Shown: in pieces, positions 35,014-44,113 of the stretch
Numbering within the stretch: position 1 is the stretch's first letter
Layout of the letters: each line of letters starts with the position of its first letter
Source of the DNA: an uncultured Chloroflexia bacterium
Lineage (GTDB): Bacteria; Chloroflexota; Limnocylindria; Limnocylindrales; CSP1-4
NCBI GenBank assembly: GCA_963809045.1
Contig: CAWEHW010000004.1
Location: forward strand, 2,221,904 to 2,285,903
Reading direction: 5' to 3'
Length of the DNA stretch: 64,000 nucleotides
Program-made: the position numbers and the translations under genes
The notes under the pieces: generated by a model
Databases searched by the model: none
Seen by the model: the letters and a program-made list of their open reading frames with translations, nothing else
Told to the model about the DNA's origin: nothing

Positions 35014-36627
35014 GTGCCTCGCTACACTTCCGCGGTGGCCAGCCGCACGCTCACCTTCGGGGGCACCAGCTACCCGCTGATCCTGCCCAGCATCCGCGAC
35101 CCGCGACTGCATGTGGCGGTGGTGCTCCTGACTGTCCAGGTGCTCGGGCAGGTCGGCCTGCACTTCCGGGTCAGCGTGCCCCAGATCCTGGCCGCGATCC
35201 TGACCTGCGCGATCATCGAAGTCGCCATCACGTTTGGGAAGAGCAAGGCATTCGTGTGGCCGGCCAGCGCGATGCTCACCGGCAACGGCGTGGCGCTCAT
35301 CTTCCGGGTCGTCGGGACGCCCGCGAACGAGCCCTGGTACACGAACGACTGGTGGATCTTCGCCGTGGTCGCCGGCCTCTCGCTGTTGACCAAGTACGTG
35401 ATCCGCTATCGCGGGTCGCACGTCTTCAACCCGTCGAACATCGGGCTCGTGCTCGCCTTCATCATCCTCGGCAGCACCCGGGTGGAGCCCCTCGACTTCT
35501 GGTGGGCGCCGCTGAACGTCTGGATGATCGCGGCCTACGCCGTGATCATCGGCGGTGGCCTGCTCATCACGCGGCGCCTGCACCTGCTCGCGCTCGGGGC
35601 CGCGTACTGGGCGACATTGACGATCGGCGTAGGGCTGCTCGCGGGATCGGGGCACTGCATGACCGCGAACTGGGCGTTCGAGCCGGTCTGCGGCATCGAT
35701 TTCTGGCGCGTGATCATCACGTCGCCCGAGGTCCTCATCTTCCTGTTCTTCATGATCACGGACCCGAAGACCATCCCCGCCGGGAACGTCGGGCGGGTCG
35801 TGTTCGGCGTGCTCGTCGGCGTCGCCAGCACGCTCCTGCTGGCCCCACAGACCACCGAATTCGGAGCCAAGGTCGGGTTGATCTCGGGTCTCGTCGTCGT
35901 GAGCGCGTTCCGCCCGGTGCTTGACCGCCTGTTCCCCGAGCCGCGATCCGCGGCGGACGACGTCGCGCGGTTCGCGCGGCGCCTGGTGACCGGGAAGGAC
36001 GTGGGCGGGGTGACCGCCCAGGTGGCCGGCCGGATCGGGCTCGCGGCCGTGGCCGTGCTGGTCACGGGCGTCGGGATCGTGGCGGCCGGCACGCCTGCCC
36101 GCGGTCTCCCAGCACCTGAGACCAGCGGCATCCTGGACGAGGTGCCGCACGAGATCGATCCATCGACGCTCCCCGCGATCTCGGTCGGACAGGATGTCGC
36201 GGACTTCGATCACACCATGGTCGAGGGCGGGGCCGAGGCGCTCGTGGTGACGCTCGCCGAGAACCTCCAGCTCGAGACCGAGGCGCTCCTGCGCTGGGAC
36301 GAGGCGATCCTCGCGGCCGTCGATCACGGTGACCGGCTCGAGGAGATGCAGCTCCAGGTCCGGAACGCGATCGCGACCGGGACCACCACGATCTCCCGCT
36401 ACGAGATCGACACCGTCGCGATCTCGCTCGTCGTGCCATTCGGCGTGCAGACCGGTTTGAGCATGGGGCTCAATTCCGTGGGCACCGTGACCGAGGAAAC
36501 CTACGACGCGGCCGGGGTCCTGCAGTCGCAGGCGTCATCCCCGTTCGAACTGACATTCGTGATGCGCCGGGCGACCGGGGAGCGCTGGCTCAACGTGGCG
36601 GTCCTGCCACCGGAAACGGCCAGCTGA
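35014..36627 (+). CDS. polytopic membrane protein with RnfD/NqrB-like core and large C-terminal soluble domain
   Basis: At least 8 predicted TM helices. Motifs HVFNPSNIGLVLAFIILG and FLFFMITDPKTIP resemble the NQR2/RnfD/RnfE family. About 200 aa of non-membrane C-terminus. Start uncertain (GTG 35014 chosen). Confidence 0.55.
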   Translation: MPRYTSAVASRTLTFGGTSYPLILPSIRDPRLHVAVVLLTVQVLGQVGLHFRVSVPQILAAILTCAIIEVAITFGKSKAFVWPASAMLTGNGVALIFRVVGTPANEPWYTNDWWIFAVVAGLSLLTKYVIRYRGSHVFNPSNIGLVLAFIILGSTRVEPLDFWWAPLNVWMIAAYAVIIGGGLLITRRLHLLALGAAYWATLTIGVGLLAGSGHCMTANWAFEPVCGIDFWRVIITSPEVLIFLFFMITDPKTIPAGNVGRVVFGVLVGVASTLLLAPQTTEFGAKVGLISGLVVVSAFRPVLDRLFPEPRSAADDVARFARRLVTGKDVGGVTAQVAGRIGLAAVAVLVTGVGIVAAGTPARGLPAPETSGILDEVPHEIDPSTLPAISVGQDVADFDHTMVEGGAEALVVTLAENLQLETEALLRWDEAILAAVDHGDRLEEMQLQVRNAIATGTTTISRYEIDTVAISLVVPFGVQTGLSMGLNSVGTVTEETYDAAGVLQSQASSPFELTFVMRRATGERWLNVAVLPPETAS

Positions 36628-36685
36628 CGGGAGGCGCTACCGTGCCGCGTACGCTTTCCAACCACCGATCCAGGAGATCCTGCTG

Positions 36686-37300
36686 ATGGCTCGCGACCAG
36701 GAACGCCTCGAACGTGCCCAGGAGGGACCGATCGTCGGGGGCCTGCCCGACGCCCCGGGCATCCTCACCGCGCTGCGACTGACACCGAACCTCGGACTGC
36801 ACCTGCGCGGTCTCGCCGACGAGCTGCTGGTCAACGACTTCCCTGGCGCCACGATCGTCCGCGCGGAGCGCGAAATGCTCGCAACGGCGGTCTCGGCCGC
36901 GAACGACTGTTTCTTCTGCATGGATTCGCATGCTGCGCACGCCGCAGCCTTGCTCGAGGTGACCGGCCGGACCGAGCTGGAGCCCCTGCTCGACACGGTC
37001 AAGGTCGGGTCGTCCGAGGGCTTCGACGACAAGATGAAGGCCCTGCTCCACATCGCCCGGACCGTGCGTGGCGATGCGCGCAAGCTGACGGCCTCGGATG
37101 TTGCGAACGCGCACGCCGCCGGGGCGAGCGATGCGGACGTTCAGCTCGCCGTCCTGATCTCCGCCGGGTTCTCGATGTACAACCGGTTGGTCGAGGGGTT
37201 CCGGGCGGCCACGCCACCGGTCACCGAGGTGTATCGCGAGCGAGCATCGGAGATCGCCGCGCACGGCTACAGCGCCCCGGCGACACCCGTCAAGAGCTGA
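36686..37300 (+). CDS. carboxymuconolactone decarboxylase (AhpD-like) family peroxidase-related protein
   Basis: EREMLATAVSAANDCFFCMDSHAAHA (CxxC-type AhpD motif) and a second half-domain LTASDVANAHAAGASDADVQLAVLISAGFSMYNRL. Confidence 0.8.
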   Translation: MARDQERLERAQEGPIVGGLPDAPGILTALRLTPNLGLHLRGLADELLVNDFPGATIVRAEREMLATAVSAANDCFFCMDSHAAHAAALLEVTGRTELEPLLDTVKVGSSEGFDDKMKALLHIARTVRGDARKLTASDVANAHAAGASDADVQLAVLISAGFSMYNRLVEGFRAATPPVTEVYRERASEIAAHGYSAPATPVKS

Positions 37301-37333
37301 CCCAACGCTCCCGCGGCCGCTCGGGGACTGCAG

Positions 37334-37993
37334 CTAGGCGCCGCCTGCCGCTCCCGACCATCGAACCACCAGGTCCGCGCGTCCGCGGGTGGCTTCGATG
37401 ACCCGCGCGTTGGCCTCGTCGCTTCGATGCACCCAGGCGTCGGCCTCCTCGGGCGTCTTGCCAAACTCGATGTGCCGCGCGATCAGGCGCCGGATCCGCT
37501 CGTCTTCGGGTCCCTCGATGTACCAGCACGCGTCGAGGAGCGGCCGGACCGAAGCCCATGACCCCTGATCCACCAGGAGGTAGTTGCCCTCGGTGACCAC
37601 CAGCGGCACGTCGCGGTGGATCGCGATCGCGTCCGGGACGGGTTCCTCGATCTCTCGGCGGAAGATCGGCGCCCGCACCACCTCGTCTTTCCGGTTCCGG
37701 AGTTCCCGCAGCACCTCGACGTACGCGTCCGCGTCGAACGTGTCGGGCGCACCCTTGCGGTCGCGCCGGCCCAGCCGCTCGAGCTCGCCGTTCGGGAGGT
37801 GGAAGCCGTCCATCGGCACGAGCGCCGCAAACCCGTCCAGCCGAGCCACCAGCGCTTCGGCGAGCGTCGACTTGCCGGCGCCGGGAGCCCCCGCGATCCC
37901 CAGGATCGCTCGTCGGCCGGTCGGGGCCAGGGTCCGGGCCAGGCCGATCAGGACGTCGAGGTCCGGCTCGTACCGCTGCGGCGCGAGTCTCAG
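37334..37993 (-). CDS. P-loop nucleoside/nucleotide kinase family protein (start codon non-canonical or lost)
   Basis: Walker A ILGIAGAPGAGKSTLAEAL lies upstream of the first canonical start (GTG 37849). The frame is open up to a TAG at 38000-38002 but contains only CTG/ATC candidates. The rest (VPMDGFHL..., VVTEGNYLL...) is uridine/pantothenate-kinase-like. Confidence 0.6.
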   Translation of the reverse strand: MRLAPQRYEPDLDVLIGLARTLAPTGRRAILGIAGAPGAGKSTLAEALVARLDGFAALVPMDGFHLPNGELERLGRRDRKGAPDTFDADAYVEVLRELRNRKDEVVRAPIFRREIEEPVPDAIAIHRDVPLVVTEGNYLLVDQGSWASVRPLLDACWYIEGPEDERIRRLIARHIEFGKTPEEADAWVHRSDEANARVIEATRGRADLVVRWSGAAGGA

Positions 37994-38388
37994 GTCGCGC
38001 TACCCCGCGGGTCGAGCCGGATGGTCGTCTCGAGGGTATGTGGCTGGACCATCGATTCGGTCGAGGACGGCGAGATCTTCCCGTACTTCGATCGGAAGGC
38101 GTTGCTGACCGCCTGGATGGACTCCGGGGCGTTCGCCAGCACCGCGGTCATGGGGATCGCCGCGCCATCAGCATGCACGACCACATCCGGGCGTCCGAGC
38201 GCCTCGCGATACCAGCGAGCCGGCGTGCCGTTGACCGAGCGGACGTAGGCGTGCTCCCCCGCCGTCACGATCCAGACGATCGTGCGATGCGTCCGATTGC
38301 CATCAGGCGATGTCGTCTCGACGCGAACCTCGCGGACACGCCCGAGGACCTCGAGCGTGGATGGATCGAGCGGGGCGGATTCTTGCAC
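37990..38388 (-). CDS. DUF2255-like protein
   Basis: GTG 38388. LEVLGRVREVRVETTSPDGNRTHRTIVWIVTAGEHAYVRSVNGTPARWYREAL...AVSNAFRSKYG pattern. Confidence 0.65.
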   Translation of the reverse strand: MQESAPLDPSTLEVLGRVREVRVETTSPDGNRTHRTIVWIVTAGEHAYVRSVNGTPARWYREALGRPDVVVHADGAAIPMTAVLANAPESIQAVSNAFRSKYGKISPSSTESMVQPHTLETTIRLDPRGSAT

Positions 38389-38455
38389 GTCCAGACGGTA
38401 CCTCCTGCGCCGGCGGCCGTCCCGTGCAGAATGCAGCGACACCATTGGAGCAGCC

Positions 38456-39052
38456 ATGACCGACCAGCACGACCACGAACACGAGCATGACCACGGGCAT
38501 CATGAGCATCGCCCGATGGACTACACCGAGGCGATTGCGGATTTCCGGGCGCGGAAGGACGCCTATTTCAAGGACGCCAACGGCAGTCCGATCCCGGAGG
38601 CCGAGCGCCAAGCGTTCACGGGTCTCCCCTACTACCCGATCGATGAGTCGCTCGTCTTCGACGGGCTCGCGCTCGCGCCGTACGCCGGCGATGAGCCGTC
38701 CAACTTCGAAATCCCCACGTCGGACGGGAAGCTCAGGCCGGCGCACCGGGCCGGCATCCTCAACTTCGAGCTCGCGGGCCAATCGGTCGGCCTGACCGCC
38801 TACACGTTCGACGGCGGCGACGAAGAAACGCTGTTCGTGCCCTTCCTTGATCCCTCGAGTGGGACGGAGACCTACGGCGCCGGGCGATACCTCGATCTCG
38901 AGCCGGAGGACGACGGCACCTACACCCTCGACTTCAACCTCGCGTACCACCCGTCGTGCGTCTACGACATGCGCTTCTCGTGCCCGTTGACCCCACGCGA
39001 GAACCGGTTGCCGGTCCGCGTCGCCGCCGGGGAGCGCCTTCCGCCCGACTGA
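38456..39052 (+). CDS. DUF1684 domain protein with His-rich N-terminus
   Basis: ATG 38456 (GGAG RBS). HDHEHEHDHGHHEH tail. Followed by RARKDAYFKDANGSPIP...FTGLPYYPIDESL...YGAGRYLDLE...LDFNLAYHPSCVYD..FSCPLTPRENRL. Confidence 0.8.
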   Translation: MTDQHDHEHEHDHGHHEHRPMDYTEAIADFRARKDAYFKDANGSPIPEAERQAFTGLPYYPIDESLVFDGLALAPYAGDEPSNFEIPTSDGKLRPAHRAGILNFELAGQSVGLTAYTFDGGDEETLFVPFLDPSSGTETYGAGRYLDLEPEDDGTYTLDFNLAYHPSCVYDMRFSCPLTPRENRLPVRVAAGERLPPD

Positions 39053-39079
39053 CCGTCGCCCGCTCCGGCGACGAGGCCG

Positions 39080-39481
39080 TCAGAACGCAGTTCGTTGCGG
39101 TTGCTCGGTCGCGCCGAGTTCGAGCCTGGCCGGATCGAGCAGACGCAGGCCCGTTCGCCCGACCCGGGCGACGGCGCCCTCGCGCTCGAGGTCGCGAAGG
39201 ACGCGCCCGGTCATCTCGCGGCTCGTCCCAACCAATCCGGGGAGGTGCGATCGCGTGAGCACCGGCGCGTCCGCGAAGAACAGGTCGCGATGGCGCACGA
39301 GCACGCGCAGGACACGTTGTCGGGCGTCCTGGTGCAGGAAGCCATCGACCTTGCGGGTCAGGACGTTCATGAACATCGACAGGCGGTCGATCACATCGAG
39401 CGCCAGGTCTGGATCCATGGCGACGAGCTGACGGAGCGTTTCCCTCGGCCAAGTCGCGATCTCACAGTCGGGCGGCGCCAC
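39080..39481 (-). CDS. Crp/Fnr-family HTH protein lacking the cNMP-binding barrel (truncated or remnant)
   Basis: 133 aa from GTG 39481. Only the last barrel strand and C-helix (CEIATWPRETLRQLVAMDPDLALDVIDRLS) plus the HTH (LTRSHLPGLVGTSREMTGRVLRDLEREGAV) are present. The upstream gene ends 55 nt away. Confidence 0.6.
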   Translation of the reverse strand: MAPPDCEIATWPRETLRQLVAMDPDLALDVIDRLSMFMNVLTRKVDGFLHQDARQRVLRVLVRHRDLFFADAPVLTRSHLPGLVGTSREMTGRVLRDLEREGAVARVGRTGLRLLDPARLELGATEQPQRTAF

Positions 39482-39535
39482 CGGCCGAAGGTGATTGGGT
39501 GTCCGTAGTCGGTCATGTCGTCGCCTGCTTCAAGC

Positions 39536-40186
39536 CTAGAACCCGAGGACCTCATCGACCAGGACGATGGTGATGCGTCCGGGCGTGATCTCACGATTGA
39601 TGATCAGGATCTTGTTGACCCCACTGTGGATGCCATACGCGGCCTGGGCGCGGGCGTCCTCGAGCGGGAAGCTGTACTCGTCGATGCGGCGCAGCCCCTC
39701 GTCGAGATCGGGCACGATCTTCTGCGTCCCGACGACGAGGATGACCCGCCCGGCACCGGCGACATACGGCGCGAGCTGGCTGCCACCCATCGAGGCGGCT
39801 ACGAGCGATCCGGTTTCGGTCACGGCGTGGACGCTGCCGAGCATCACGTCTGGCGCGGCGGACGTGCGACGGATCTCGTCGGCCTGAGTGGCACGGTCCA
39901 TGCTCCAGATCCGGGGACGGATCGGGTCATAGCGCCCGGACTTCTCGAGCTCATCGGTGATGCCGGTGACCTCGAGCGTCTGGGAGGCGCCGTGGTAGAC
40001 CTGTGAGCCATCCGGGATGAGGCCCAGCACGATCCGTTTCGCTTCGGCGGCGTCCCGTGCGCGGAGCACGTTCATGCCGTGCTGTTCCAGCGCGGCCGTG
40101 GTTCGACGTACACGAATGTCGTCGGCGAGTGTCGCGAAGCGACGTGTGACTGACTGGTCGATGTCGGGTTTGAAATCGGTGATCAT
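39536..40186 (-). CDS. LUD-domain (lactate-utilisation C-like, DUF162) protein
   Basis: 216 aa. ...RVRRTTAALEQHGMNVLRARDAAEAKRIVLGLIP..., GSVHAVTETGSLVAAS..GSQLAPY....VILVVGTQKIVPDLDEGLRRI pattern. Confidence 0.75.
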   Translation of the reverse strand: MITDFKPDIDQSVTRRFATLADDIRVRRTTAALEQHGMNVLRARDAAEAKRIVLGLIPDGSQVYHGASQTLEVTGITDELEKSGRYDPIRPRIWSMDRATQADEIRRTSAAPDVMLGSVHAVTETGSLVAASMGGSQLAPYVAGAGRVILVVGTQKIVPDLDEGLRRIDEYSFPLEDARAQAAYGIHSGVNKILIINREITPGRITIVLVDEVLGF

Positions 40187-40220
40187 GGATCTGCCTTCCG
40201 GTTGCGAATCGCTGATATAG

Positions 40221-40263
40221 TTGCGACTGCAAATACCGTACGCCTATTTGGTTGCACATGCAA
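40221..40263. promoter_or_regulatory. two TTGC-N4-GCAA-type boxes, candidate MarR operator
   Basis: TTGCGACTGCAA (40221-40232) and TTGCACATGCAA (40252-40263), read directly. Located in the divergent LUD/MarR intergenic region. The second box overlaps the MarR start. Confidence 0.3.
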
Positions 40264-40758
40264 GTACTTTCCGAACCTGACATCACCGGCCGACTTGAGG
40301 AGCTCGTGATGCGAGAGCTGCCTGGCGGGCGCGGGTTCAATGCGTGGCGCTCCCTGCTGCAAGCGCACGCCACGCTCATGCGCACGCTCGAATCCGATCT
40401 CGAGCGGAAGACCGGCCTCGCTCTCGCCGACTTCGACGTGCTGGCTCAGCTGGCCGTTGCGGGTGGCGAGCTGCGCATGACCGACCTGGCGGCGAAAGCA
40501 CTCATCTCACGATCGGGAATGACCCGTCGAGTCGCCCGGTTGGTCGAGGAAGGGCTCGTTCGACGAGCCAACGCCGACGCCGATGCCCGTGGGGTCGTCG
40601 TCTCCCTGACCGATCCCGGCGTCGAACGGCTGCTGGAGACGGTACCGATCCACGCGCACGGGATCGCTCAGCTCTTCGTTTCGCAGCTCGATGACAATGA
40701 GCTCGCAGTCCTCGAATCGGCCCTGGACAAGGTCACCGTCGATTGCCATTTCGGCTGA
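40252..40758 (+). CDS. MarR family transcriptional regulator
   Basis: LALADFDVLAQLAVAGGELRMTDLAAKALISRSGMTRRVARLVEEGLVRR...DARGVVVSLT is a winged-HTH MarR pattern. Start is TTG 40252 or ATG 40258. Confidence 0.85.
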   Translation: MHMQVLSEPDITGRLEELVMRELPGGRGFNAWRSLLQAHATLMRTLESDLERKTGLALADFDVLAQLAVAGGELRMTDLAAKALISRSGMTRRVARLVEEGLVRRANADADARGVVVSLTDPGVERLLETVPIHAHGIAQLFVSQLDDNELAVLESALDKVTVDCHFG

Positions 40759-40804
40759 TTCGCCTCATCGCCGGTAAGCGCCCGTGATGACGCGCTAGGC
40801 TGTT

Positions 40805-41728
40805 GTGGTGACGACCAACCCCGCCGACAGCCAGCTGGTCCGGTACACGGACGCGGCCCTCGAACGACCGATTTCGGCGGCCCTGCGATCCGCTCGGGTG
40901 GAAATGCTCACGGCCGTCGCGGAGTTGCGCCGGGTCCCGGACGCCAGCCTCATCAAGCCTTGGGCCTGGAAGGGCGGCAGCGAGGAAGAGCTCCGCTACG
41001 GCTTCTACCGGATCGGCGAGGCGTTCGAGCTCGCGGGCATCGAAGCCGAAGCCGGTCTCCGCGCCGCGGGCACCCAACGTGGGCGCGCCGCGGACCTCAT
41101 CGCGCCGGCGACGGCTGCACGGTGGGACCTCCAGGGTCTCCTCATTGGGCTCGAGAACGCTGCCTGGGACGCCACTCCGGGCGGTGAGGAATGGACGATC
41201 CGGCAGACGCTGGGGCACATCGTCGAGAGCCAGCGCTACTACGGCGTCGGCACCGCGTGGTGGCAGGAGCAGGCGTACCGAGCGGATGATCCCCAGTTGC
41301 CAAGCAGTACGCCGGATGCGGCCTACGAGGGCCTGCCGGACGAAGCGGCGGAGGCGGCGGGTTCGCCGGGCGAGGTGCGCGAGCGACTGGACGCTGTGCT
41401 CGATCGCGCCGCGGAACGGCTTGCCGGGCTGCCAGCCGACAAGCTTTCCCTGGGCTGCCGCTGGTCGGGTTTCGCCGTCGACGTCGGGTTCCGGCTCGGT
41501 CGCTGGTCGTCCCACATCCGCGAGCACACGGTCCAGGTTGAGAAGACGATGGTGATGCTCGACGTGCGCCCGCCCGAGGTCGATCGACTGGTCCGGCTCG
41601 TCATGGCCGCCTGGGGTCGCGCCGAGGCGGTCGTGTTCGGCGCTGATGCGGGCGCCGCAATCTCGATCCTGGCGGATGCGGCCACGAGCGCCCGCGCGAC
41701 GGCTGCCGAGATCGCAGCGCTCGGCTGA
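40805..41728 (+). CDS. DinB-family (DinB_2-like) protein
   Basis: WTIRQTLGHIVESQRYY and RWSSHIREHTVQVEK are His-containing helices typical of DinB four-helix bundles. 307 aa. Confidence 0.65.
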   Translation: MVTTNPADSQLVRYTDAALERPISAALRSARVEMLTAVAELRRVPDASLIKPWAWKGGSEEELRYGFYRIGEAFELAGIEAEAGLRAAGTQRGRAADLIAPATAARWDLQGLLIGLENAAWDATPGGEEWTIRQTLGHIVESQRYYGVGTAWWQEQAYRADDPQLPSSTPDAAYEGLPDEAAEAAGSPGEVRERLDAVLDRAAERLAGLPADKLSLGCRWSGFAVDVGFRLGRWSSHIREHTVQVEKTMVMLDVRPPEVDRLVRLVMAAWGRAEAVVFGADAGAAISILADAATSARATAAEIAALG

Positions 41729-41764
41729 CGTTTCGGACCGTCTGGCAGCCAGCCACGACGTATC

Positions 41765-43414
41765 GTGTCTGGCGTGGGAGCGGACAGTTCGATCCAGGTG
41801 GCGCGTGATGCGCACGCTCGGCGCGACTGGCTCCTCGCCTTCGAATTGCTGACGGCGGCTCGCGCGGAAACCGGCATCGGCGCCGATGACCACTTGGCGC
41901 TCGCGGATGCGGCCTGGTGGCTCGGGCGGGTCGACGACTCGATCGCCGGGTATTCGGACGCCTACGAGGCGTATCTCCGGGACGGCCGGCATCGAGACGC
42001 CGCGATGGCCGCCTGCGGTGTCGCCGTCAACGCGTTCCTGCGCGGCCAGGCGGAAACGGGATCGGGCTGGATCGGCCGCAGCCAGCGCCTGCTGGAAGGT
42101 GATCCCGAGGCGGTCGAGAACGGCTACCTGCGCTACATGACCGACGTCGAGGGCGGGCTCGACGGGCCAGATTTCGACGGCGCCATCGCGAGCGCCCGCG
42201 AGGTCCGCGACATCGGCCGCCGGCATGGCGATCCGGTGCTCGTAACCGCCTCGCTTGTCGCCGAGGGTCGTGCCCTGGCCAAGCTGGGGAACGTCGCGAA
42301 GGGCCTTGCGATACTCGACGAGGCAATGCTCGAGGTCGTGTCCGGCCAACTGCCGCCCGATTGGGCCGGAAACCTGTACTGCCACATGATGGCCGCCTGT
42401 CACGAGCTGGGCGACGTCCGGCGGCTGGCCCACTGGATGGACGCCACGACGAAGTGGCTCGACAGCCTGCCGGCGGCGGTCCTGTTCGCGGGGATCTGTC
42501 GGGTCCATCGGTCACAGGTGATGCTCGTGCTCGGCGACTGGGACGGGTCGGAGATCGAGGCCGAACGCGTCACCCACGACCTCGCCGAGATCCACGTGGC
42601 ATCCGCGGCCGAGGCGCACTACCAGGTCGGTGAGGTCCGGCGTCTCCGCGGCGATTTCACCGGAGCCGAGGCTGCGTACCGGCGCGCGCACGAGCGGGGC
42701 CGCGATCCCCAGCCCGGGATGGCACTGTTGCGCCTGGCCGAGGGCCGAGCGCGACCGGCGGCGGTCTCGATCGCGGCGGCACTGGCCGCGCAGCCCTTCG
42801 ATCGGCTCGCCCGCTTCGGGCTTCGGGTGGCCCAGGTTGAGGTCGCGGTCGCAATCGGGGACCTGGGGCTCGCTCGCGCCGCCCTGGACGAGCTCGAGGC
42901 GATTGCCGTGACCGCCAACACGTCCGGGTTCCTCGCCAGGGCCCGGCAGGCATCAGGTCTCGTGCTCCTTGCGGAATCGCGAGCCGAGGAGGCCCTGCCC
43001 GTGCTCCGAGACGCGTGCCGCCGTTGGCTCGAGATCGAGGCGCCCCTCGACGTCGCCCGCGTCCGGGTCTTGCTCGCGGGAGCCTACGTCGCGCTCGATG
43101 ACAGCGACGCGGCCGAACGCGAGGTCGAGGCGGCGGAGGCGACGATGCGCCGCCTCGGTGCCACCGCAGATCTCCGAGCGCTCGACGGCGTGCGGAGGCG
43201 TGCCCACGCGAGCGGCCTGAGCGCGCGAGAGATCGAGGTCCTGCGCCTTGTTTCGGCCGGCCGTGCGAACCGTGAGGTCGCCGATCGACTCGTGATCAGC
43301 GAGAAGACCGTCGCCCGGCACCTCTCGAACATCTTCACGAAGCTCGACGTGTCATCGAGGACCGAAGCCGCCGCCGTGGCGCACGACCTCGGGATCCGTC
43401 CAGACGCTAGCTGA
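41765..43414 (+). CDS. LuxR-family transcriptional regulator with long helical-repeat (TPR-like) N-terminal region
   Basis: C-terminal GerE/LuxR HTH: LSAREIEVLRLVSAGRANREVADRLVISEKTVARHLSNIFTKLDVSSRTEAAA. Confidence 0.8.
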   Translation: MSGVGADSSIQVARDAHARRDWLLAFELLTAARAETGIGADDHLALADAAWWLGRVDDSIAGYSDAYEAYLRDGRHRDAAMAACGVAVNAFLRGQAETGSGWIGRSQRLLEGDPEAVENGYLRYMTDVEGGLDGPDFDGAIASAREVRDIGRRHGDPVLVTASLVAEGRALAKLGNVAKGLAILDEAMLEVVSGQLPPDWAGNLYCHMMAACHELGDVRRLAHWMDATTKWLDSLPAAVLFAGICRVHRSQVMLVLGDWDGSEIEAERVTHDLAEIHVASAAEAHYQVGEVRRLRGDFTGAEAAYRRAHERGRDPQPGMALLRLAEGRARPAAVSIAAALAAQPFDRLARFGLRVAQVEVAVAIGDLGLARAALDELEAIAVTANTSGFLARARQASGLVLLAESRAEEALPVLRDACRRWLEIEAPLDVARVRVLLAGAYVALDDSDAAEREVEAAEATMRRLGATADLRALDGVRRRAHASGLSAREIEVLRLVSAGRANREVADRLVISEKTVARHLSNIFTKLDVSSRTEAAAVAHDLGIRPDAS

Positions 43415-43433
43415 CCGCGCGGGCCGCGGTCAG
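43411..43433. terminator. bidirectional terminator-like hairpin shared by convergent genes
   Basis: CTGACCGCG (43411-43419) / CGCGGTCAG (43425-43433), a perfect 9-bp stem with a 5-nt loop. Overlaps both stop codons (TGA 43412-43414; TCA 43430-43432). Confidence 0.45.
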
Positions 43434-43729
43434 TCCGTGTCGACCTGGACGTCCGCCGTCGGGATGACCGAGATCACCCGGTTGTGGGTTCGGCCGAGGA
43501 TCCCCAATTCGACGATCGCGTCGTCGATGACATGCGCGCTGGGAGCGTCGACGAGCATGAATGCCTCGTGGGACGGCCGGTTGATCCACGAGCCCCGGAT
43601 CTCGAGGCCGTCGGTCGCCTTGACCAGCTCCTCGAACCGATCGAACGCGCCGGTCGTCGCGACCGCGTCGGGCTTGCTGCGGAATGCGCAGCTCTCCGCG
43701 TTGTGCGTATTCACGATCATGTACAGCAT
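43430..43729 (-). CDS. small alpha/beta protein, DUF3303-like (tentative)
   Basis: Start ATG 43729 with a GGAGG RBS. MLYMIVNTHNAESCAFRSKPDAV...GLEIRGSWINRPSHEAFMLVDAPSAHVIDDAIVEL. The family call is by loose pattern only. Confidence 0.5.
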   Translation of the reverse strand: MLYMIVNTHNAESCAFRSKPDAVATTGAFDRFEELVKATDGLEIRGSWINRPSHEAFMLVDAPSAHVIDDAIVELGILGRTHNRVISVIPTADVQVDTD

Positions 43730-44113
43730 CCGTCGCGCCTCCGGGTTTGCCGGGGCTTTGGCCGCCGGTCCTCGTGACGACGATGCCGCTCGGGGGCTGT
43801 CGCCAGCCTCGGGCATTCGATGCAATCGCCGACGAACCTCGATGGGCATTTCCACCCATCGGCCGACGCCGTGTCGACCCGCGCCTTCTCGGCCGGGCAC
43901 CCCCAGGCATCGTCGAACCTACCCGAGCACGATCATGACCACGGCGATGCCCGCCAGCATCAGGCCCAGGGCCTGTCGACGTTCAGCCCCCGATGATGAC
44001 GGGGCGTCGGGTTTTCGCCAAACGGCGGGAAACCCCGAAACCGCAAGGTCTTTGCAGTCCATCGCAAGGTGCAGAAAGCGCAAGTTCGTGGCGCGCGCCG
44101 GCAGACTGTCCGG

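Noticed and set aside
38456-38520. His-rich N-terminal tail (HDHEHEHDHGHHEH) of the DUF1684 protein as a dedicated metallochaperone signal.
   Set aside because: Such tails are common low-complexity additions. There are no neighbouring metal transport or enzyme-maturation genes to support a specific role.
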